DNA of 64,000 bases, from positions 512,001 to 576,000 of the forward strand of contig CAWGYA010000008.1 of the NCBI GenBank assembly GCA_963826715.1. The letters are read 5' to 3'. Source of the DNA: Candidatus Bathyarchaeota archaeon (lineage in GTDB: Archaea > Thermoproteota > Bathyarchaeia > Bathyarchaeales > Bathycorpusculaceae). Position 1 is the stretch's first letter, and each line of letters begins with the position of its first letter. Under the pieces are notes generated by a model that ran no database searches, was not told the origin of the DNA, and saw nothing but the letters and a program-made list of their open reading frames with translations. The position numbers and the translations under genes are program-made. Shown in pieces: positions 20,489 through 29,963 of this stretch.

Positions 20489-20684
20489 CTAATTAGTTTT
20501 CTGCTCTTCACATTCTTTAAGCTCGCTTTCTCTTTGTTCTCCTTAAAGGTTTTGTAAGCGATAAAACTTCAAACCAAATTTAGGAACAGATACTTGAAGG
20601 CTTTTTTAGGGCAATGCTCTTGCAATTGAAAAGTTTATTTGCCCTCGATTCTTCAATTAACAGTACATATTTGAGGTTTACTTA

Positions 20685-22079
20685 ATGGAACAATTCGATA
20701 TAATGGTTATCGGGTCGGGTTCAGGTATGCTAATTGCATCCGCCGCCATAGAACAGGGCTTTAAAGTTGCATTGGTTGAACAGGGTCGCATGGGCGGCAC
20801 CTGCATAAACGTGGGCTGTGTACCCTCAAAGATGCTGATTTACCCCGCGGATCTACTCACCAATATCGGAAACGCGGAAAAACTGGGAATAAACACCACC
20901 CTCAATAGCGTAGACTTTCAAAGTATTATGACCCGCATGCACAATCTCGTTGACCACGACACGAGCCATCAAGCAGCCGGTGTTGAAGCTAATCATCAAA
21001 TAGTGTGGTTCAAAGACAAGGGAGAATTCATCTCTGATTACGTTATGCAAGTTGGAAATCAAACCATCAAAGCCAAAAATATCTTCATTTGTTCAGGCGC
21101 CCGCACCTCAATTCCACCCATTAAAGGCATCGAAACTGTAGATTACTTGACCAGCGACACCGTGTTGAACTTACAAACTCAACCAAAAAGTATCATAATT
21201 GTGGGCGGAGGCTACATAGGTATGGAATATGGGCACTTCTTCAGCGGCATCGGCACCAAAACCACAGTGGTGCACCGTGGTGACCGTCTCTTACCTGAAG
21301 AGGAAACCGAAGTTTCTGATTTACTCAAAGCTGAAATCGGCAAGCGTATAGAGATTTTCACGAGCTACGATGCCTTAGAAGTGAAACAGGACTCAGCGAG
21401 TAAAACGCTTATCGCAAAAAGCAAGATTGACGGTTCCACAAAAACCTTTATTGCCGACGAATTGTTGGTTGCCACGGGCAGAGTTTCCAATGCGGACTTG
21501 CTTAAACCCGAAAAAACAGGAATTAAACTTGATAGCCGGGGCTATATTGTCGTTAACGAGTACTTAGAAACTACTAAAAAACACATTTATGCCTTAGGTG
21601 ACGCTGTAGGTAAGCAGATGTTTAAACATGCTGCGAACTATGAGGCAGGCATCGCTTGGCATAACGCTAACCATGACCACAAGGTTCCAATGGATTTCTC
21701 TATGACGCCACGCGCCGTGTTTACACACCCCCAAATTGCTGCAGTAGGCTTAAAAGAAAACGAAGCAAAGCAGCAACACAAAATCCTCGTTGGACACGCA
21801 CTATTCCGAGACACAGCAATGGGAGCCGCCATGGGGGGCCCTGAGGGTTTCGTCAAAGTCATTGTCGAGATGCAGACTGGCAAAATTCTTGGCGCTCATA
21901 TCATCGGACCCGAAGCGGCCGTGCTGATTCAGGAAATCACCAACGCCATGGTAACTGGCAACGGCGACTATGGACCTATCGCAAGGGGGATGCATATTCA
22001 TCCAGCTTTAAACGAGGTTGTGCAGAATGCTTTTGGGAGCCTCCAAGACCCCGATCATCACCATGAACATGAGAGCTAA
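20685..22079 (+). CDS. Class I pyridine nucleotide-disulfide oxidoreductase (dihydrolipoamide dehydrogenase/mycothione reductase-like)
   Basis: GSGSG, GGTCINVGCVPSK, GGGYIG and HIHPALNE motifs; His-rich C-terminus. Confidence 0.88.
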   Translation: MEQFDIMVIGSGSGMLIASAAIEQGFKVALVEQGRMGGTCINVGCVPSKMLIYPADLLTNIGNAEKLGINTTLNSVDFQSIMTRMHNLVDHDTSHQAAGVEANHQIVWFKDKGEFISDYVMQVGNQTIKAKNIFICSGARTSIPPIKGIETVDYLTSDTVLNLQTQPKSIIIVGGGYIGMEYGHFFSGIGTKTTVVHRGDRLLPEEETEVSDLLKAEIGKRIEIFTSYDALEVKQDSASKTLIAKSKIDGSTKTFIADELLVATGRVSNADLLKPEKTGIKLDSRGYIVVNEYLETTKKHIYALGDAVGKQMFKHAANYEAGIAWHNANHDHKVPMDFSMTPRAVFTHPQIAAVGLKENEAKQQHKILVGHALFRDTAMGAAMGGPEGFVKVIVEMQTGKILGAHIIGPEAAVLIQEITNAMVTGNGDYGPIARGMHIHPALNEVVQNAFGSLQDPDHHHEHES

Positions 22080-22124
22080 AATCGGAGCACCAAATGAACA
22101 AAAAGAAAGTTTAGGGGTGGCAGT

Positions 22125-23393
22125 TTAACCTTGGGTTTTGAAACGTAAAATAGCCGCAATGCCACCAAAAGCGTTCTTTAACATCTGCCCCTCCTCGGTT
22201 TCAGTTGAAATAATCTCGACTTCCGAGTTTGAGAGCACCGCAAGATCCGCAATGTCGTCAACAACATCCCTCTTATCAACAACAGTCATAGAGGGCGCTT
22301 GGCAGTTCTTACAAGGTTTCCCAATTAAGCCCTGCTCAAACTCTGCTAAATTCTTGCCATTAACAGTGTGTTCCTCTTGGGTACTGCAGGCACCGCATTT
22401 AACGGTAACACGCAACAAATCCAAATCCTCAGACATCAAAACAGTCCGCACAGCGCCCGCGTTTAGGAGCCTACGAACTTCAGCTTCGCCATAGGTGATA
22501 AGACCACTATCATGACCAACTTCATAGAGAAACTTCTGCATGATTTCTTTCTCTTCGATGTAACGTACTTTTTTCATGATATCAGGGGCTTTATCAACTA
22601 CTTCTTTGACACCCTGCTCCTCAACATAAGCGGTATCAAGGATATCGATGACTTTACCCTTCAACTGGTAGTTGAGGTATCCGCCTTTTTCAAAGTCGTA
22701 TTTTGTGGGACCAGGTCCACCCAAAATGATGCCCTTTAGAGTGTCAATGGGTAAGAAAATCTCGTCGGCATGGTGCCCAACACGCGTAAAATACTCGTTA
22801 AGCTGCATGTCGCGCAAACGTTCATAACGCCGCGAAGATTGACCCCCAGCACGGGTTTTACCCGCCACACCCGAATGCATCTCGCGTACAATTTCAAGCC
22901 GCTTGCCCTGCAACGTTGCGATGGTAGCGTCGTTCGCATCCACTAGCAATATACCGTAGGTTTCTTTCTCCCGCAACATCTCTTGAAGGTGCTCGGTGTG
23001 AAAACGATTATCACAACGGTAAAGGAAGATCCGAATCGGTTCAGGTGGAACGATTACGTAACTTTCCATCCGTTCTGTTCCCGGTCCGCCACCTTCCTGA
23101 GGAAGCGCCCCCGTGAAGACCACGATGCCTTTTTCGCCAGGATCTTTGAAAAGCTTGAGTTTCTGTTGTGCTTTTATAATCGCGTCAAGAACGTTTTTGC
23201 GAGTGACGTTGGATTTGATGTTACTAGCAGTTCCGTACTCGTTTCGCAACAGGTTAAGAGCATCGCTGATTTGTTTATCAGGTGGCACATAAATAGTGAT
23301 AAGTTCTGTGTGGCTACCTTCTTTGTTAGCTAGGGAATTGATAGTTTTTCGTAACCTGAATAGTTCAAGAGAGCTTTTCTTGGCGGCACTCAA
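22125..23393 (-). CDS. prf1: Peptide chain release factor aRF1
   Basis: TASNIKS, YRCDNRF and GGQS motifs. Confidence 0.97.
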   Translation of the reverse strand: MSAAKKSSLELFRLRKTINSLANKEGSHTELITIYVPPDKQISDALNLLRNEYGTASNIKSNVTRKNVLDAIIKAQQKLKLFKDPGEKGIVVFTGALPQEGGGPGTERMESYVIVPPEPIRIFLYRCDNRFHTEHLQEMLREKETYGILLVDANDATIATLQGKRLEIVREMHSGVAGKTRAGGQSSRRYERLRDMQLNEYFTRVGHHADEIFLPIDTLKGIILGGPGPTKYDFEKGGYLNYQLKGKVIDILDTAYVEEQGVKEVVDKAPDIMKKVRYIEEKEIMQKFLYEVGHDSGLITYGEAEVRRLLNAGAVRTVLMSEDLDLLRVTVKCGACSTQEEHTVNGKNLAEFEQGLIGKPCKNCQAPSMTVVDKRDVVDDIADLAVLSNSEVEIISTETEEGQMLKNAFGGIAAILRFKTQG

Positions 23394-23473
23394 ATTTTTT
23401 TCACTTAAATGTTAATTCAATAGCTTACGTTATTGGGGATCAAATAAAAGTTCCGACTAAAAAAAGGAATCAA

Positions 23474-24472
23474 TTATGCTTTTGGTTCTTTAGGCGCCTC
23501 TTCAACTATACCAATGGCATCTTTGAGGTATGCTTTGAAAGGACCCAGTTTACCACCGTAGTTACCAGCCGAAATTTTTAAGATTCCCGGACAAGTAAGT
23601 GAAGCTTGCACACCAACCATCATAGCCTTCTTCACGGCATCCAAGGTTAAGCCGTTGATAACTATTTCAAGAACACTTTCTGCATTTTCGGGAACAACCG
23701 TTTCTGGCACTATAGTACGAAGTGTTGGGCAATAAGTATGGTTTGTAGATGCTTTGAGTTTATATTTTAGTGAACCAGCTTTACTTCCAGATCGGCAGAC
23801 TCCTCCGGGGAATGGCATAATTACATCGGGGACTTGCGCTCGGATAGCATCGACCGCTGCTTCTGCGGCTACTAGACATTCTGAGTCTGACTTTGCGAAA
23901 ATCATAAAATTGCCACCTGCTACTGCTTCCATAGCTCCGAAGCCATCTTCTACGATAAATATGCCTTCCATAACTGGGATTTTCCAGCATTTACGCCCAC
24001 CCACCATGGCTTTCTTTTGGAAGCCATCGCCAAAGTAACGCAAGCTACTACCAACATTGAGAACCCTTTTACCTAATAATCCGTTAAAGGCTGCTGTAGT
24101 TGGACAAGTCATGGTGCATTGACCAATACGTCCCATTAGTTGATGTTTAAGTTCGAAACGGTCTTTATTGTAAATTTGAATTAGGATTCCAGGTCTCTTA
24201 TCAGGGGTTTGCGCAGCTGGAACCTTGCGTTCAATAGCTGCCTCTGCAGAAGCAGCAATAACACTTGTAGCATACCCTGTGGTTACGGATGCGGCGATTT
24301 CGGCCCATTTCTCATTTGCCGCAGTTATAAGAACTCTTCCTACCCAAAGCGGAAACATCTCAGCAAATGTATCTTGAACCTTAACGGTATCGCCTAAAGG
24401 TGACCTGACAAGATACATTTTTTCTTTTTCATCGTAACCTTGGATTTCAAACTGCTTAGTGTTTGCTGACAT
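23474..24472 (-). CDS. ftr: Formylmethanofuran--tetrahydromethanopterin N-formyltransferase
   Basis: DTFAE, TPDKRPG, RIGQC..TCPT, FGDG, RSGSK, ASTN, EIVING and SAGNYGGKLG motifs. Confidence 0.93.
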   Translation of the reverse strand: MSANTKQFEIQGYDEKEKMYLVRSPLGDTVKVQDTFAEMFPLWVGRVLITAANEKWAEIAASVTTGYATSVIAASAEAAIERKVPAAQTPDKRPGILIQIYNKDRFELKHQLMGRIGQCTMTCPTTAAFNGLLGKRVLNVGSSLRYFGDGFQKKAMVGGRKCWKIPVMEGIFIVEDGFGAMEAVAGGNFMIFAKSDSECLVAAEAAVDAIRAQVPDVIMPFPGGVCRSGSKAGSLKYKLKASTNHTYCPTLRTIVPETVVPENAESVLEIVINGLTLDAVKKAMMVGVQASLTCPGILKISAGNYGGKLGPFKAYLKDAIGIVEEAPKEPKA

Positions 24473-24607
24473 TGATGGGACAACCTTGCCTCTTCAGTGG
24501 GGATTTGTATAATTTAAGAGTTTTCATGATTTTTATGTTTTCAACTTACCTAGTTTTTGACATTACCCTTTAGCTTCGCCCTCTAACAAGTGAGTAGCCA
24601 AAAACAA

Positions 24608-24982
24608 TCAAATGCCAGTCTTGACTTTGGGCTTCAAAATCAAGCTGGATTTATCAGTTGTAGCCAACTCAAAAAGACAAGAGTTGCTTATTGCCTGTTT
24701 AGGGCAAGTCTCTGCACACTGATAACAGAAAACACACTTAGACAAGTTAAGCTGGGGACGTCGTTTCTTACCATCCACCGGCACCATTTCTATGGCTTTT
24801 GATGGACAATCACGGCTGCATAAACCACATCCGATGCATGCGGAATAATTAAAGCATGGTTCACCTCGATATTTCTCAGGCAATTGAGGTTTAACATCTG
24901 GATACTTACCAGTTGCAGTCTTAGAGAAAACGGATTTAATTGCCCTTTTAAGCATCGTGGATGCATGTGGTCTTTTAACCAA
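24608..24982 (-). CDS. 2[4Fe-4S] protein, NuoI/HycF/EchF-like, stand-alone
   Basis: T.KYP...YRG, CIGCGLC...CP and CVFCYQC...CP motifs. Confidence 0.85.
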   Translation of the reverse strand: MVKRPHASTMLKRAIKSVFSKTATGKYPDVKPQLPEKYRGEPCFNYSACIGCGLCSRDCPSKAIEMVPVDGKKRRPQLNLSKCVFCYQCAETCPKQAISNSCLFELATTDKSSLILKPKVKTGI

Positions 24983-25320
24983 TTATGCCACCGAACTTAA
25001 TAGTAATTGGAGGGTGAGGGATTTTTATCTTACTGAAGACTTCAATAGATTTTTAAAATCTTTGTGACCTTGCCTTGATGGAAAAATGCTGTTTCGATAA
25101 ACCGCATAATTATTCTTTTCACAGTAAAAACTTTACTATTTTATGTAAAGCGCACTAGAAGTTTATAATTTAATTATAAGAAAAGAAATACGTAACGTGG
25201 CAATTGAGTCCTCACGCCACTCATACGCGATGTAATTCGACTCGTTTTAAACTTGCATATTTTCAATCGACCGATAGATGACTTCGTGCAACTGTCAAAA
25301 ATTTGGTTGAAAAATTTCTA

Positions 25321-26019
25321 TCAACTGATTAAAGTGAACTGTTCGAATTTGTCACCTTCGACGCTATTCTGCTCCTGCTTTCCCCCTTTGCCCTTAACGA
25401 TAGGAAGTATAAACTCAATTATTAACAGAATAATAATCAGAGCAATAATAACTGGCAACCCCCAGGGGGTGCCTCGCAGAAATAACGTAATATGTCCAAA
25501 CCAGGGAATTCGCATAACAACTTTGCCGATAACTAGATCTTGAGGGACCCCCTGACCCGTTGACCAAAGAGTGTAGGAATCATATTCGCTTTGGGAGGGA
25601 ACAGTGGGCCATTTCTGGAAGCCATTTCCGTCGCCTTTAGTCTGAAAGTATAATGTACCGTTGACTTCGTAGCTGGCAACAATTCGGTGCACTATAGGTG
25701 TAGCTGTGGGGTCAGTAGGGTTCTGGTAGACAATAATGTCGCTGTTGGGATATCCTATGTTTAAGTCCTTAGGATCCACGCCCTGAATAACTATGATATC
25801 ACCTATGTGAAGCGTTTGGTCAAAGGGATGACTCCAACCGTCGCATAAACCATCGAAAGGCACACACATACTACCGCTTTCAACAACACGAACAGGAACA
25901 TCAGTGTTGAGTACAAGACCCAACCCGACAAAGAATCCTAAAACGACAATAATGATTACAGCTATGACAACTGCCGATTTTATGTATTCTTTGCGGGAGG
26001 TTTTTGGAGTGTTACTCAA
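25321..26019 (-). CDS. Signal peptidase I (S26B, Sec11/SipW type)
   Basis: VVESGSM, GDIIV, IVHR and TKGDGN motifs with flanking TM helices. Confidence 0.9.
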   Translation of the reverse strand: MSNTPKTSRKEYIKSAVVIAVIIIVVLGFFVGLGLVLNTDVPVRVVESGSMCVPFDGLCDGWSHPFDQTLHIGDIIVIQGVDPKDLNIGYPNSDIIVYQNPTDPTATPIVHRIVASYEVNGTLYFQTKGDGNGFQKWPTVPSQSEYDSYTLWSTGQGVPQDLVIGKVVMRIPWFGHITLFLRGTPWGLPVIIALIIILLIIEFILPIVKGKGGKQEQNSVEGDKFEQFTLIS

Positions 26020-26139
26020 TCGTCTACCTTCAACTTATGACCGTTATAGGAATAGAACCTGTCTTAATAAATCGCATTCTTTCTTTTGATATAGCAAACA
26101 AAAATAATTCGTGCTAATCATAGATTCAGGGATTAAAGG

Positions 26140-27366
26140 ATGTTTAGAAACATAAAAACCTGGAATGCTTTTTTTGTCATATTGTGCGTTTTAGGCTTTT
26201 TTGCAATTTTAAGCTCAACTATGTCTAAAAATCCTGTCCTTAAGCCTTTTGCAACAAGCTTAGGGACTCCCGACTGTCTACTGGGAATTGTTGCTTCAGC
26301 CTCTACAATACCTGGAATCCTAATCAGTTTACCCGCTGCCTCGCTCTCAGACATTATTGGCAGACGCAAAGTTCTCGTGATAGCCACCTTCTTTTTTGCT
26401 TCCGCGCCCTTCCTATATCTAGGGGTAAATTCCTGGTGGACACTATCGCTTGTTCGCTTCTACCACGGCTTCGCAACAGCAATGTTAATCCCTGTTGCTG
26501 AAGCCACCATCGCAGAGATGTTTCCAGCTAAACGGGGAGAACGTATCTCGCTTTTCAGTTCTGCAACTGCAGTTGGCAGAGCATTAGCGCCATTTCTAGG
26601 GGGCTACATACTTTTTGTAACAGCCCAAAGTTACATCACCCTATACTTAGCCGTTAGCATAGCAGGCGTTACCTCATTTGTCATTGCTTTTCTATTCATA
26701 GCGGAGAAAAAAAACCGAACCAATCAGCGTCCACCGATGAAAGAGACGACTAGAAAAATGCTCGGTGGTTGGATTTTCATCGCACGGAACCGAGGGGTTT
26801 TAGGCGTCAGTTTTGTTCAAGCAGCCCAGTACTATGTATTTGGGTCTGTCGAGTTCTTTTTGGTGGGTTACCTCACAGATGTAGCCAGAATGGATATTTT
26901 TTTGGTAGGCATCATCACAGGCAGCCAGATTGCGGCATTAGTCATCGCACGACCTTTAATTGGGCGTGTTTCAGACAAGGTGGGTCGAACTAAACCTATA
27001 ATTGCAGGAATTGTAGCCAGTTGTGTTCTTGTTGGAGCGTTCCCTTTTACTGTTCAGTTTCCGGTGCTATTTGTCTTAGCGGTTGGATACGGGGTTTCTT
27101 TCGCCACGGTGCTCTCTTCAACCACCCCGTTTGTTAGTGAAATTGTACCTGCGGGTTTGGTTGGAGCTTCGCTGGGTTTTCTCGCCACCATGATGGATAT
27201 CGGGCAAACGTTAGGACCTATCGTCAGTGGGATTATTTTCGCCACCAGCCTAAAGTACATAGGCTTGTTTGTTTCACTTAGCCTGTTGCTAATTTTGTCA
27301 AGCGCCGTTATTCTATTAACGAATAGAGTTGCCAAAGAAACCAAAAAACTTAGTTTTGAGGGTTAA
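26140..27366 (+). CDS. MFS transporter
   Basis: About 12 TM helices; motif A as LSDIIGRR and VSDKVGR. Confidence 0.92.
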   Translation: MFRNIKTWNAFFVILCVLGFFAILSSTMSKNPVLKPFATSLGTPDCLLGIVASASTIPGILISLPAASLSDIIGRRKVLVIATFFFASAPFLYLGVNSWWTLSLVRFYHGFATAMLIPVAEATIAEMFPAKRGERISLFSSATAVGRALAPFLGGYILFVTAQSYITLYLAVSIAGVTSFVIAFLFIAEKKNRTNQRPPMKETTRKMLGGWIFIARNRGVLGVSFVQAAQYYVFGSVEFFLVGYLTDVARMDIFLVGIITGSQIAALVIARPLIGRVSDKVGRTKPIIAGIVASCVLVGAFPFTVQFPVLFVLAVGYGVSFATVLSSTTPFVSEIVPAGLVGASLGFLATMMDIGQTLGPIVSGIIFATSLKYIGLFVSLSLLLILSSAVILLTNRVAKETKKLSFEG

Positions 27367-28703
27367 CGCTGTTGCAACCCCTTAATTAATCGCGTTAAGA
27401 AGCGGACTATAAAATGGAGTAAAATGGATGCAATCATCAGAGCCAAAGCTGCAAAATGAATTGGATTCACGATATCACTGCTCAATAATCCCGAATACAG
27501 ATTAAAGGGATAGTAAATTGAGGTGTTTACACCGAACCACGCATAATCCACCCAAGTGTTGAGATAGAGAGTGCTTTCAACAAGTGAAGCTAATAACAAA
27601 ACCGACCCAGCCCCCACAAACACAGGCTTAAGATATCTGGATTTTTTTGTGTCCTCGATCCCATGTAGTAGAAAACTGCCTTTGTCAATTATAGATGCGG
27701 CAAGAAGGCAAAAAAAGGGCAAAGCCAAATAGTTGTATTTAACGGCACTAACGTATGGAACTTTTAAATGGAAACCAAATACCAGAAGCATATCCAACCC
27801 CATGATAACAGCGATAGTTGTAAGGCACACTACATCTAACCGCAAAAAACTCATCAGACTCTTCCTAAAAAAGAATGCAACTATGACTGAGAAGAATCCA
27901 GCCAAAAACATGAACCACCCTGCGCTCATGCTAAAAACAATGGGTAAAAATGTAAGCGCAGGATTGACTACAAGCTCAGGATGCGTCAAGTCACTTGCGA
28001 GGTAAACACCAAAAAAGTTTTGGTTAGCTAAGCCGCCAAACCAAATAACTTGCGAAATCAGTGCGGGTAGGAGAAACAGTAAAATCTTTCGTTTAGTTAG
28101 TTTGAAACTGCTGTTTTTGCGGTTTAAAAAGATAAACGCAGTCAGGGTAACAAGCGCAAATATAGCAAAGAGCTTTATGAGAAAAGCCAAAGCAAAAAAG
28201 AGTCCAGCCGCTAAAACCATCCGATTCGAGTCCCGCTTAACCGCCAACAAACCAACTACTAAAAAAAGCAAGCTAAAGAATAGGTACTGGTTATCAATCA
28301 AAAAAATTCTGGATACATAAACATGCCAAGGAACTAAACCGAAAAGCGAAGCCGCCACAAGCCCAGTGCGTCGCCCATACAAAACCGTCCCTAAGACATA
28401 CACGAGTACGACACTTCCGAGCCCAAAGAGGGTAGTTAAATATACACCGTTTTGGTAGCTTAAACCAAAAATTACGAACATTGGTACAGAGAGGTAGAAA
28501 CCCAAAGGCGGCTGATTGATCATAAGACCTGACGAGAGGAAAGGGAAGCCTTGAGTTAAGACATTTCCTACAGCTTCAAACTCGACCTGAGCATCCCAAT
28601 TAGTGTAAATTGCCATTGAAACCGCAACCATGAAGCTGGCAATTAGTACGCCAATTAGCGGGTAATGTGCGGCTAGGAATGCTTGGATTTTTTGCTGCTC
28701 CAC
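27363..28703 (-). CDS. GT-C fold glycosyltransferase (ArnT/PMT, GT39/GT83-like)
   Basis: NWD..., QPPL, multiple TM helices, SR...D and K after a TM segment. Confidence 0.75.
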   Translation of the reverse strand: MEQQKIQAFLAAHYPLIGVLIASFMVAVSMAIYTNWDAQVEFEAVGNVLTQGFPFLSSGLMINQPPLGFYLSVPMFVIFGLSYQNGVYLTTLFGLGSVVLVYVLGTVLYGRRTGLVAASLFGLVPWHVYVSRIFLIDNQYLFFSLLFLVVGLLAVKRDSNRMVLAAGLFFALAFLIKLFAIFALVTLTAFIFLNRKNSSFKLTKRKILLFLLPALISQVIWFGGLANQNFFGVYLASDLTHPELVVNPALTFLPIVFSMSAGWFMFLAGFFSVIVAFFFRKSLMSFLRLDVVCLTTIAVIMGLDMLLVFGFHLKVPYVSAVKYNYLALPFFCLLAASIIDKGSFLLHGIEDTKKSRYLKPVFVGAGSVLLLASLVESTLYLNTWVDYAWFGVNTSIYYPFNLYSGLLSSDIVNPIHFAALALMIASILLHFIVRFLTRLIKGLQQR

Positions 28704-28829
28704 GAAGTTTCCCAGGATAACATAATATGTTTGATGTTTTATAATTATCTAAGTTATCCAAAAGCCTTACGAGCATTTTGGTTATGGTAACAAAAATATT
28801 AAGCAGATACAAATTAGTCTTGGGAAAAA

Positions 28830-29168
28830 ATGGGTCAAAAAGAAAATATGAGATCCCCCGTTTTCTTCGGAATAGCTGCCTGGATGGCAATCAACGTATT
28901 GCTGATGGCAGTTCTGATTTTAAGCGGCGACCTTGAAGACTTAAACAACTGGATTGAAATCGTCCTGTGGATTATCTCAATTCCTGCTTTGCTTTCCACC
29001 AAGAAGTGGGGCGTTGCCTTCGCGTTATTTGTGCTTATCTATACATTGAGTACGAGTATGGGAATCTTGGTCTACTATCAAATCTGGCTGAACGTTGTCC
29101 GTGTCGCCGTTAATACAGCAATCACCGTTTACCTCTTCAGGTTAATCTTAAAAAACCAAACCGAATAG
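28830..29168 (+). CDS. Small 4-TM hypothetical membrane protein
   Basis: Four hydrophobic segments. Confidence 0.65.
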   Translation: MGQKENMRSPVFFGIAAWMAINVLLMAVLILSGDLEDLNNWIEIVLWIISIPALLSTKKWGVAFALFVLIYTLSTSMGILVYYQIWLNVVRVAVNTAITVYLFRLILKNQTE

Positions 29169-29234
29169 ACAATAACGCAGAAAGAAACAAAATTCTAATA
29201 TTAGCCTTCTGCAATCTTTATGTCAGAATCGCAA

Positions 29235-29309
29235 GGGCCGGTCGTCTAGCCTGGTTAGGACGTTGGCTTTACACGCCAAAGGTCGCCGGTTCAAGTCCGG
29301 CTCGGCCCA
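29235..29309 (+). tRNA. tRNA-Val (anticodon TAC), intronless, CCA not encoded
   Basis: Acceptor stem GGGCCGG/TCGGCCC-A; anticodon arm TTGGC-TTTACAC-GCCAA; T arm GCCGG-TTCAAGT-CCGGC. Confidence 0.97.
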
Positions 29310-29606
29310 CTTCAGAATAAATCAAAAAAAGAAAAAAGTGGTTTTTCAGTGTTTGCATTCTTAGGACAACAAAAACTATGGAAGCTCTTAGCTAACTATT
29401 TGAATATCTCTAATTTCCAAAATTGATAATTCGAACTCCACAACGTTAAGTTAAAGACTATCGCGCCAAGGTTTGAGACTAAAGCTCCACCGCATTTTTG
29501 CATGTACGTTTTTTAACTAGTTGTTGGCTTGGCGCAGTCACATATTTTAATTAACTATCCAAGGCGCTGTTTATTACTACATCTAGTTTGCCGGAGGTGA
29601 AAAGGA

Positions 29607-29771
29607 TTGGTTAATGAAAGTGACGAGTGTAGAAGAACTGCGCCACGTGTGACGGTTCCCAAACCTGAAATGACTAATGAGAATAAATTCAAGTGTCCAA
29701 TAGATCAACAGGTTTACGATAACCGTCAGGATTATGAGGCGCACTGCAAAGAAGAGCACGATGTGCTTTAG
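29607..29771 (+). CDS. 54-aa C2H2-like zinc-finger mini-protein (not in ORF track)
   Basis: GGAGGTGA SD 6 nt before TTG; MVNESDECRRTAPRVTVPKPEMTNENKFKCPIDQQVYDNRQDYEAHCKEEHDVL. Confidence 0.65.
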   Translation: MVNESDECRRTAPRVTVPKPEMTNENKFKCPIDQQVYDNRQDYEAHCKEEHDVL

Positions 29772-29963
29772 AAGTCGCAAGCCATATTTTGCCCGTGAAG
29801 TTGAGCAATAAATCGGGGGCTTATCGAGCTGCTTTTTTATCTTCTAGCCTTTTTGATTTGGAAGTCACTCTTTGTGCTGATAACTTCCTTGAAAAGAAAA
29901 GGCTATTACTAATTTTGGACCAAACAGTTTGATTGACTAAAATACACTTTTTCATAAGTTAAT

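Noticed and set aside
25197-25220. GTGGC...GCCAC hairpin after an AT-rich box (possible sRNA)
   Set aside because: The stem is short, has no C/D or H/ACA boxes and has no further support.
29235-29960. tRNA-Val as an integration site for an island
   Set aside because: I found no integrase and no duplicated tRNA 3' end in the window.
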